57,903 nt of DNA from Psammoneis japonica (taxonomy: Eukaryota), in assembly GCA_008632985.1 (NCBI GenBank), contig QPGO01000242.1:62001-119903 (forward strand). Direction: 5' to 3'. Each line of letters begins with the position of its first letter. The stretch's first letter is position 1. Positions 1 to 10,470 of this stretch are shown piece by piece. The position numbers were made by a program, and so were the translations under genes. The notes below the pieces were generated by a model, which was not told the DNA's origin, ran no database searches, and saw nothing but the letters and a program-made list of their open reading frames with translations.

Positions 1-819
1 TGTCACCACGAGGAGGTGAGCTGACTCATGCTGGGGTCATTGCACACAAGTGAGATGGTGACGGGGTTCCTGTTGGCACTGGGAACGACTTGAGGACATG
101 CGACGTGGAATTCCCTGACGGATCCACCGACTCCCATGCTGCTGACACAATTGCAGAGAACCCATTCACTCAGATCGACTCTGAAGGGAATGCCCGCCAG
201 ATCATGAAGGAAACAGTCGATCACTGACGTGATGCCCATTGCAGTGTGCATGCAGACAAAAGGTTGTTTTTGTCATGACCTTTGTGACATTTAAATTGCA
301 GCACGTCGCCGTGATGCATTGGCTCTTGTCAGCAGCTGCACACTGCACTCCTCCCCATGTGTCACGCGTCCATGCGGCTCTTTGCTGACGTGCACTGACA
401 CTGCACGGTTTTGGTGGAACAGTGTGGGTGCGTGCGAAGGAACACACAGAACTGCACAGAGTTTTGCACGTTCGACAGTGATCAACGTTGCTGCAGACAA
501 CTCCCACTCAGGGTTTCGAACCCCTGGCCTCCTGCCCAATGGTTGCGATGAACCACTCCGCCAAAAATTCATGATGCAGCATGCATGCAGACAAAAGGTT
601 GTTTTGTCACAACCTTTGTGACATTTAAATTGCAGCACGTTGCTGTGATGCATCAACTCTCATTGGCAGCTGCACATTGCACCGTGCTGCAACGGCCAAT
701 GACGGGTGCACAACGACCAAGACTGGCAGGCATGCTCATGGGAGGACGACTGAAGGCTGGGACCTGCAAGCAGAGTGGAAGGATGGGACTGCATCCTGGG
801 TTCCTCTCAAGGATTTGAA
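1..819 (+). pseudogene. Ty1/copia (CoDi-like) pol fragment between integrase and RT, interrupted by a TRIM at 240-681
   Basis: Reads PRGGE...CDVEFPDGS...IAENPFTQIDSEG...VDH, then GWDLQAEWKDGTASWVPLKDLK, typical of diatom copia pol; inverted copy at 36401-37219; truncated by satellite at ~820. Confidence 0.85.
240..681 (-). mobile_element. TRIM-like non-autonomous LTR element (LTRs 240-347 and 575-681)
   Basis: Two ~108-bp direct repeats with TGCA...TGCA ends; 4-bp TSD CCAT (236-239)/CCGT (682-685); purine tract GGGGAGGAG on minus strand abutting the LTR (348-356); interrupts copia reading frame. Confidence 0.85.
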
Positions 820-2885
820 GTCAAAGAAAACAAACACGTCTTTTCAAGGAAAACAAACGCATCATTTCAAGGAAAACAAACACGCGGTTTCAAGCAAAAC
901 AAACACATGGTTTCAAGGAAAACAAACATGTCTTTTCAAGGAAAACAAATGTGTTGTTTCAAGAAAAACAAATGTGTGTTTTCAAGGAAAACAAACATGT
1001 GGTTTCCAGGAAAGCAAACATGTCGTTTCATGGAAAAGAAGCATGTCCATTCAAAGAAAACAAACACGTCTTTTCAAGGAAAACAAACGTGTCTTTTCAA
1101 GGAAAACAAACGTGTTGTTTCAAGGAAAACAAACGTGTTGTTTCAAGGAAAACAAACATGTTTTTTCAAGGAAAACAAACATGTCTTTTCAAGGAAAACA
1201 AATGTGTTGTTTCAGGGAAAACAAACATGTGGTTTCAGAGAAAACAAACATGTGTTTTCAAGGAAAACAAACATGTCGTTTCAAGAAAAACAAACGTGTC
1301 GTTTCAAAGAAAACAAACATGTCTTTTCAAGGAAAACAAACGTGTCTTTTCAAGGAAAACAAACGTGTTGCTTCAGGGAAAACAAACATGTTGTTTGAAG
1401 ACAAACATGTTGTTTCAAAGAAAACAAACACATCTTTTCAAGGAAAACAAACGAGTCGTTTCAAGAAAAACAAACGTGTCGTTTCAAGGAAAACAAACAC
1501 ATCTTTTCAAAGAAAGCCAAGGTGTCATTTCATGAAAAACAAACATGTGGTTTCAAGGAAAACAAACATGTCTTTTCAAGGAAAACAAACATGTCTTTTC
1601 AAGGAAAACAAACATGTCGTTTCAAGGAAAACAAACATGTCTTTTCAGAGAAAACAAACGTGTCATTTCAAGAAAAACAAACATGTCGTTTCAAGGAAAA
1701 CAGACATGTCTTGAAAACAAACATGTCGTTTCAAGGAAAACAAACATGCGTTTTCAAGGAAAACAAACATGTCGTTTCAAGGAAAACAAACATGTTGTTT
1801 CAAGGAAAACAAACATGTGTTTTCAAGGAAAACAAACATGTGGTTTCAAAGAAAGCAAACATGTCGTTTCATGGAAAACAAGCATGTCTTTTCAAAGAAA
1901 ACAAACAAGTCTTTTCAAGGAAAACAAACGTGTCTTTTCAAGGAAAACAAACGTGTCATTTCAAGGAAAACAAGCGTGTCTTTTCAAGGAAAACAAACAT
2001 GTTTTTTCAAGGAAAACAAACATGTCTTTTCAAGGAAAACAAATTTTCAGAGAAAACCAAGGTGTCATTTCATGAAAAACAAACATGTGGTTTCAAGGAA
2101 AACAAACGTGTCATTTCAAGGAAAACAAACATGTTTTTTCAAGGAAAACAAACATGTCTTTTCAAGGAAAACAAATGTGTTGTTTCAGGGAAAACAAACA
2201 TGTGGTTTCAGAGAAAACAAACATGTCTTTTCAAGGAAATAAACATGTTGTTTCAAGAAAAACAAGCATGTCGTTTCAAAGAAAACAAACATGTCTTTTC
2301 AAGGAAAACAAACGTGTCTTTTCAAGGAAAACAAACATGTCGTTTCAGGGAAAAGTTCAAAGACAAACATGTTGTTTCAAAGAAAACAAACACATCTTTT
2401 CAAGGAAAACAAACGCGTCGTTTCAAGAAAAACAAACGTGTCGTTTAAAGGAAAACAAACACATCTTTTCAGAGAAAACCAAGGTGTCATTTCAAGAAAA
2501 ACAAACATGTGGTTTCAAGGAAAACAAACGTGTCTTTTCAAGGAAAACAAACATGTCTTTTCAAGGAAAACAAACATGTCTTTTCAAGGAAAACAAGCAC
2601 GTTGTTTCAAGGAAAACAAACATGTCTTTTCAAAGAAAACAAACGTGTCATTTCAACGAAAACAAGTGTGTCTTTTCAAGGAAAACAAGTGTGTCTTTTC
2701 AAGGAAAACAAACATGTCGTTTCAAGGAAAACAAACGTGTCGTTTCAAGAAAAACAAACATGTCGTTTCAAGGAAAGCAAACATCTTGTTTCAAAGAAAA
2801 CAAATCAAGGAAAACAAACATGTGGTTTCAAGGAAAACAAACATGTCTTTTCAAGGAAAACATGTTTGTTTTCCTTGAAAGGACA
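820..2885 (+). repeat. 23-bp satellite array
   Basis: Tandem TTTCAAGGAAAACAAACATGTC(T/G); 23-aa periodic ORFs equal 3 units; polarity flips at ~2861. Confidence 0.97.
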
Positions 2886-2889
2886 TGTT

Positions 2890-4105
2890 CAGTTGGACAA
2901 ATGCTGTGTGACGATGCTGTGCACAACACATGCCTGAATGTGTGTGCGGAGAAGGGGCTCAACAGCTGGCTGAGTGGCAACTTCTTTGCCTCTTGGGTTG
3001 TTGAGAACCTCCTGCACTCGCCAGGACAGTGTGCAGTGTTCTGAGTGGTTGCGAGTCTTTGTGCTTCCTGAGGTCGTTGGCTTGAATCAGCCTCAAATCC
3101 AAGCCTCCTTTTTTTCTCAGCCTGCCCCTTTCCAACCCCATCCGGGGTGGGCGGCTGGGCTTCGAGCCTGCTCCTCCCTTGGCTGGATGCGCCACATGGC
3201 ACTGGCCCATCCTGCCCAACATGGGGAGTGCATGGTCAAATTCGTGAGTCCTCCGTGCGGATGCGCCACATGGTGACAACCCATCCTGCGACGAGAGGGA
3301 GAGTTGGACAAATGCTGTGTGACGATGCTGCGCACAACACACGCCCAAATGTGTGCGTGGAGAAGGGACTCAACAGCCAGCCGAGTGGCAACTTCTTTGC
3401 CTCTTGGGTTGTTGAGAACCTCCTGCACTCGCCAGGACAGTGTGCAGCGTTCTGACTGGTTGTGAGTCTCTGGCCTCAAATCCAAGCCTCCTTTTCTTTC
3501 TCGGCTGGGCTTCGAACCCACTCCTCCCTTGGCCAGATGCGCCACATGGCACCAACCCATCCTGCCTGACAGATGGAGTGCATGGTCTAATTCGCAAGTC
3601 CGCTGTGCAGATGCACCACATGGCAACAACCCATCCTGTGATGAGAGGGAGAGTTGGACAAATGCTGTGTGATGATGCTGTGCACAACACACGCATCAGA
3701 GTGCGCGAAATGCCAAAAATGTGTGGATTTGCATGATGACAATTTGTCAAAATGTTGCAAAAAATTGTTGTCGCACAATGACGCTCCAACCTCTGGTTGC
3801 AAGTTTGCTGTGCCAATGTCATGACAACTTGTTGAGAATGCCATTTTTCACTGTGCCCACATCGCCATTTCTGCCTCCACCTTGTTGCCATGTGCCAATC
3901 CATGATTGCACTGCCACACAATCCTTGGTTTGTCAATTTTTGCAAACAGGGGTGTGATCACAGAACCGCTTGCGTGCCTGCTTGTTCCTTCGTTTGCTGC
4001 CAGCGACAGTGTCTGGGCCAAGCGGATCCCATGTCGGCACAATCGGGATGTCTTTCTTTTCATTCTTGTCACGGCTTGACTTTTTTCTGCCTTGCTTTTT
4101 CCTCT
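2890..4105. repeat. Unclassified dispersed repeat (family X) with internal ~350-410-bp tandem duplication
   Basis: AGTTGGACAAATGCTGTGTGAYGATGCTG recurs at ~2891, 3302, 3652; further copies at ~16800-17657 (inverted), 40235-40615 (inverted), 42262-42830, 52935-54210. Confidence 0.8.
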
Positions 4106-4162
4106 TAAACTTGCCTTTTTGCCGCCTTTTTTGCCCATTCCTCCCAAGTTCCTGGCCAATTT

Positions 4163-5215
4163 GAGGAAAACAAACGTGTCGTTTCAAGGAAAACAAACAC
4201 GTGGTTTCAAGGAAAACAAACATGTCGTTTAAAGAAAAACAAACATGTTGTTTCAAAGAAAACAAACATGTCTTTTCAAGGAAAACAAGCACGTCGTTTC
4301 AAGGAAAACAAACGCATTGTTTCAAGGAAAACAAGCGTGTCTTTTCAGAGAAAACAAACATGTCTTTTCAAGAAAAACAAACATGTTCAAATGTGGGTGC
4401 AGCTGAAGCACAAAACAACTCATCTTGTGTGGCCCACAAACTCTTGGCGGTGGTGGGTTTTGACCGCCAGACATCAAACAAGGAGTTGCTCAATTGTGGG
4501 CGCTGCTCAAGCATTCCAGAGGCATCACACACCTTCATCTGGGAGAGGGTCAACCCCACAAATTGCTGCACATTGCAGTCTCATGGATCCAACTGCACTT
4601 GGGGACAGGCGCAAGCTTCTTGTGGGGCGCAGATGCTGTTCTCCTGCACATGGAATCCTGTTGGTTTGCTTCTGTCAGTGCGCTCTTGCACAGAATTCAA
4701 GGCACACTCATGTTGTTTCAAGAAAAACAAACACGTCATTTCAAAAAAAAATGTCATGGGAAAACAAGCGTGTCTTTTGAAGGAAAACAAACGCGTCGTT
4801 TCAAAGAAAACAAACATGTTGCTTCAAAGTCATCTCAACAAACATGTCGTTTCAAGGAAAACAAACACGTCTTTTCAAGGAAAACAAACGTGTGTTTTCA
4901 AGGAAAACAAACATGTGGTTTCAAGGAAAACAAACACGTGGTTTCAAGGAGAACAAACATGTCGTTTCAAGGAAAACAAGCGTGTCTTTTCAAGGAAAAC
5001 AATTGTGTCTTTTCAAGGAAAACAAACGTGTCGTTTCAGGGAAAACAAACATGTGGTTTCAAGGAAAACAAACATGTCTTTTCAAGGAAAACAAACATGT
5101 GTTTTCAAGAAAAACAAACGTGCTGTTTCAGGGAAAACAAACATGTCGTTTCAAGGAAAACAAACATGTTGTTTCAAGGAAAACAAGCGTGTCTTTTCAA
5201 GGAAAACAAGCGTGC
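4163..5215 (+). repeat. 23-bp satellite arrays flanking a LINE fragment (~4388-4712)
   Basis: Satellite units; insert translates LLHIAVSWIQLHLGTGASFLW, homologous to LINE ~7620-7810. Confidence 0.9.
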
Positions 5216-5599
5216 CATGCCCACCATCACATCGGCGCTGCAACACCAACAGAGCCACATTGATGTTGTTGCATTCGCCGCTGTGGCAGAACTGCCATGG
5301 TGGGTGATGCCTTCCATTGTCCAACTCATTTTTGGCTCCATTCATGTGCTTGCTGTCGATGCTGCTGCTTCTGCTGCTGCAATTTGACCACGTTCATGCC
5401 GTTGATGTTGTTGCCACTGTTTGAGACATCGCAGCTGTGAATGTGCTTTGAATTGCAGAAGGGGGGTGCGGAAGAGATGCAGGTGAGCTTGTTTTCAGCA
5501 TCAAAGCAAGTTGCGTTGCTGTCTCTTCCATTGCCATTTGTTGCTCAACACCCAAACCTCTGCATGCGCACTGGCTCATGTTCTTTTCTTGCGTCAGAG

Positions 5600-8500
5600 T
5601 TCATTGAGATTGCCGCTGAAGTCGCGCGAGAGAGTCAGAAACACCGTGAAGAAGAAAGAGATGCACGGATCACAGAACTTGAGCCAGAATGCACGAAACA
5701 GTCGAAGGTGAAAGCCCGAATGCTGCGAAACCAACGCTGCGCCGAAGAAACCAAACGAGTCTTTCAGAAAATCAACGCGTGCAAAAAGTCAGAAGACTCC
5801 AGCGTACGAACTGTTCAAATTCCAGCAGATCCTCGAGATGATCCAAAGACATGTGAGAATTGGATGACGACAGATGCTCCAGACGACGTCGAATCTGCAC
5901 TTCAGCACCGCAATCAACGCCATTTTGGGCAGGCACACGGAACTCCTCCCACGGTTCCTGTCTTTCAGTGGATCTCGGATGTGAAGGAGATGCCATCATG
6001 GCTGACCTGATCTCAGACAGTGAGTGCAAACGGAACAACTGAGCCGGGCTGCATCATTGCTGATCCAGCATCTCCGACGACGCACACCCCCAGCAGCTCC
6101 TGGTGCCCTTTCTCCTGAAGCCCTGCGGTCAAAGATTGCATTGTGGTCTGAATCTACCTCTGCATCATTGAAATCGGGGATTCATTTGGGGCATTGGAAA
6201 GCTGTGCATGCTCCTCATTCTCATGCATCTGATTGCAACGACGACGGGAATCCATCCAAGCGGAAAGAACTGCTGGATTCGGCTCAACAGACTCTTGTGG
6301 CAACGCGGCTCAACTTGATCAATTGCACTCTGAAGTGGGGCTGCTCGTACGAATGGTGGAAAGACATTGTGAATGTGATGATTTTCAAAGAACCAGGCAA
6401 CAACAAGATTCACAGATTGCAAGTGATTCATGTTTACGAGGCAGATTTCCAATTGATTGCAAGCGTCAAGTGGCAAGAGTTGGCTCAACATGTGGAGCAC
6501 CGTCGCATGTGCAACCCAGGGATCTGCGGATGCAGATCATTCCTCTCCGCTCAAACACCAGTGTTTCTTGAAAATCCAATGATGGAGATTTCACGCGCAT
6601 CCAGGAAGACTTCGCCAACCAGCAACGACGATTGCACTTCTTGCCACGACAGGAACATTCCAGCAATTGTCGGATTGTGTGCGAAGAGTGATGGCATGCA
6701 TGAAAGAGCAGTCAAAGTCAACATGGCGACTTTGCATCATGCGCGCCACTGGTTGCGCACTCTTCTGGGACTCGCCCAATGATGTTGTTCTCATTCCTCT
6801 GAGTGTCCTTTGTGTGGAACAGGACAAGGCAGTGGAAATTCTCCCTGGCACTGGAGCACTCTGTGCAGCAGACTCTTTGATGTTTTTGACGCAGAAGCTG
6901 TCGGATCACATTTCGAAACCCCGGACGGACAGTTTTGCATTTGAGTTTTCAACCGAGGACATGTCGATGACACTTCCAAGCAAGTGAACGACTTTAGAGC
7001 CAGCCCTCAGCCTTCTGCTTTCGAGTTGTCTCAATCTCTACAATCGGACTGCCAGTTGTGGTGTGATCCACTGGATGCGGCCGGGCACAAACCAGAATTG
7101 CCAAAATGTTCTTTCCACGCCATCAAGTGGGACTTCACGGAATGTGGCGAACCATGCATCCGCCCTCACCACGATGACATCGAAGTGGAAATCTTTTCTG
7201 CAGATCGTTCTGCTTCCAGGTGCAGCATGCAACTGTCTGCATGTGCGCCTCACAAAACCTTGGGACACTGCATGGCTCCGACAGGCACACAGAAGACTCA
7301 ACTGAAGAAGTTGCTCCACAAGAGCGATGCAGTCTCCCCATTTCTCCAATCATGTCCTTTGGACAGAAGAGAAACATGGCGGTGCCATTGTGCTTGTCAT
7401 TTATCTTTGATGACATGCGCGCTGGCAAATTCAAACTTCCTCCCCAAAGAACTCCAACAGGTCCAACAGAAGGCCATGTGGACGATTTTTGCCAAATGCG
7501 GACACAACAGGAACACCAAACAAGCAATCTTGTGTGGACCGCAATCCCTCGGAGGAGGCGGGTTTCGATCACTGGACGTCAAGCAAGGAGTGGCCCAACT
7601 GCAACAATCGTTGAAGCACTCGAGAGGGGTCAAACACTTGCAGCTCGGGGAGGACCAACCGCACAAGCTTCTTCACATCGCCGCAGCGTGGATCCAACTG
7701 AACTTGGGAACTGGCGAGAGTTTCTTGTGGGACGTCGACACCGCATTGCCTCATGTGGAATCTAGATGGTTTGCATCTGTTGGGCTGTTTTTACAGCAGA
7801 TCAAAGGCCGGGTGTTTCTGTGCCACAACGGGGTCCTTCCACTTCAACGAGACAACGACCAGTGCTTGATGGATGTTGCTTTGCATTCCCAGTCCTTTGC
7901 CGCACGAGAGATCCAGTGGCCAAACTGTTGCCATCTGCACCTGAAAGTCTTGTCTGTTTCAGATGTTGCTCTGTCAGATGGAATGACGCTGGATGGGTCA
8001 AAAGCACAAGGGGAACCGTCATTGCAGAGCAGTGTTGGTGCACTCAACAACATCGAGCAGTGCAAGCCATGCCAGCGAGCATGGAAAGTCTGGAAGAAAT
8101 TTTGTTCAGCCCTGTGCCATCCGAAGTCACTGCGCTTGAAGGAACCCCCAGGAGATTGGCTTCTGCCACCATCCCAGATGAGAGTGCAGTCAACTGCGTG
8201 CTTTTCTCCATCCGAGGAACACTTGCATGTGCGCTCTCCAACCGGTTGTGACACATTTCAAGCAAACAGGACCATTGCTGATTCTGTCAGAGAGATGGAG
8301 ACTGCACCACATCCTTCCAATTCTTCTTGTCCAGTTGAGGTGTCTGCCATCAAGGACGGACGATGGCATTTTGAGATCCCGCGCACTTCATCAACCGCTC
8401 TCCACTCTCCGACCACTCCAGATTCCTTTCTGTCGCATCTTCAGGGACTCGACAAGTGGGAATCTGTGCCATTTGAAGACTTGGTCTTTCATGTTTCTCC

Positions 8501-10096
8501 ACGAACAGTGGCCCGACACTTTCTTTCGTCTCATCTCACCGCAGGCAGTGATGGATCGGTCCAAGAAGGAGCCACCTTTGGGTGGACCATTGCCATGGAT
8601 GGTGCACCACCAGTGGATTGTGCAGGGCCAGTTTTGGGAAGACTCCGTCCTCTCACCATGCAGAAGCTTGCGGCATTCCATCCATTGCAAGATTCATCTG
8701 CCGGCTGTGCGAATGCTGCCGCGTTGCCGTTCCTTTGGATGCAGTGATTCATTGTGATGACAAAGCACTGGTTGACTGTTTGTCTGAATTGACTCCCATC
8801 CTGCCGGTGAGTGATCCCGAGAACGACGCATGCGAACAACACGACTTTCACATTTGCTGCCATGGGGCCAACACTGTCGCTCCGGATTGGGACATTTTGA
8901 ATGAGATCCTCCACACCCAGCAAGCTTTGACGCAACTGTCGGATGCAGCCGATCTCGCTCTGCCTCCAGTGCGATGGGTAAAAGGACATCAAGACAGGCA
9001 ATCTCCCGTCCACTCATTGCCGTTAAATGCCAGAGTTAACATCCGAGCGGACAAATTGGCAGGAGCTTGCCAAGGACATTGCCTGCACGACACGAATCAG
9101 GTCAAGCACCTGCCACATTGCCACTTGCATCTGGAGATTGACGGGGGTGCAATCACGACGAATTACAAGAAACAAATTCGGTGCGCTGCTGCTGCTCCTG
9201 AATTGATGCAACATGTTGTCGAACGGAACAAATGGGATCCTTCAGTGGTTGACCTTGTTGACTGGAATGCTCGCGCGGTTCTGGTGAAACGTCACTCACA
9301 ACAGCATGTTGACACAGTCAAACTGGTCCATGACTTGCTGCCGACTGACAAGATCGCAAATCAACACAACCCAGTTCGACCGCACCAATGCATCACATGT
9401 GAGCATCCGATGGAAGACAGGGACCACATGCTTCGGTGTCCAAACAATGAACAGTGGCGAAGGAAGTTCCTGCAGGGTCTTTGATGCTGCTGCGACAAGA
9501 TCGACGCTGTGCCTGCCATCCGAGACTTCCTCCTGGACATGCTTCAAGCCTGGTTTGATGACAAAATGACGTGCTTCAACAATGTGGACTGTTGATGCAA
9601 GGAACTTTGGTGAGCTCAATTGGGTGTTGGTTGGAGACAGGTTTTCAATGGCAGATGCTCGCACATGTGGAATCTTTTGCAATCCAGACACCTGCGTGAT
9701 TCTGGCATTCTACGACAATGTCAGGAAGAAAACAAACAGCCACCAGATTGGATGGTTCAGATCGGGTCTTTCATGTGGAGGTGCTGGTGGGAACTTTGGG
9801 AAGAGCACAACAAGTTGGTTCACGGGCACGATGTTGATTCTTGGAAATCATCTCAACAGAGGAAGGCGGAAGCCAAACTGACGGCGACATGCAACAAACG
9901 ACAAGAATGCTTGGCGAAGGACAGAGGTGCATTGCTGGATTCGGTCGAAGAACAACTGTCATTTTCAACAACGAGGATCCAAAACTGGATCTCTGTGGTC
10001 CGTCCAAGACTAAAATGCAGCCTGAAAGAAGCCAAACGACCAGCAAAAAGCGGCGCTTGCGCCATTTGCAGCTGTCTTCGTTGGGCGCCCTTCTAA
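5600..10096 (+). pseudogene. Non-LTR retrotransposon (LINE, Ambal-like) ORF2: RT, RNase H and C-terminal Cys/His motif; 5'-truncated and frameshifted
   Basis: Motifs RNQRHFGQAHGTP, SGIHLGHWKA, KEPGNNKIHRLQVIHVYEAD, TSCHDR, CGTGQGSGNSP (~6813), HVDD (6960-6971), HKTLGH, RNase H SDGS...HCDD...WVKGHQD...NIRADKLA, CITC...EDRDHMLRC; 5' boundary approximate. Confidence 0.9.
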
Positions 10097-10237
10097 TGGG
10101 GGCACCGAAACCGGCCAATTGCACCACATTTCTGCCGCATCCTCCGCAGGGTGCACTGGAAGTGTGGGTTGGCCGGCGCCGGTGTTGCTGGGCAAAGGTG
10201 CAATGGCACTTAAAATTGGGGTTTGGTTTTTTTTTGG

Positions 10238-10470
10238 TCTCAAGCAGTGTCATCTTGAGCAGCATTGCCTTGAGCGTCATCGTCTCAAGTGGTGAATTGC
10301 AGTGTCTCGAGTGCTCAACATCCAGTCTTGAGTGGCAGGCGCCATCTTGAGTGGGGCCCCTGGCAAATTTTGTCTTGATTGGCTCTGTGCTGTCTCGAGC
10401 GGCAAACATCCAATGTCCAATCTAACGTGGCATCATCTCGCGCAGCATCCACCTGGCCTCAAGTGGTGTC
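10238..10470. repeat. Degenerate minisatellite (TCTCGAGTGG/TCTTGAGTGG/TCTCAAGTGG core), left part
   Basis: Irregular recurrence of the core; continues at 12720-12965 beyond the hAT insertion. Confidence 0.65.

Noticed and set aside
843..851. TTCAAGGAA as a STAT/HSE-like regulatory array
   Set aside because: Short motif match inherent to the satellite with no supporting evidence
820..2885. CRISPR array
   Set aside because: Head-to-tail 23-bp units without unique spacers, no cas genes, eukaryotic TE context
5215..5600. Unique sequence upstream of the LINE as a possible gene
   Set aside because: No recognisable motif; short ORFs are uninformative given stop-codon depletion
5600..10096. Diversity-generating retroelement (RT plus adenine-specific variation)
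   Set aside because: The RT is a LINE ORF2; changes are transitions only, on both strands and window-wide, with no TR/VR pair
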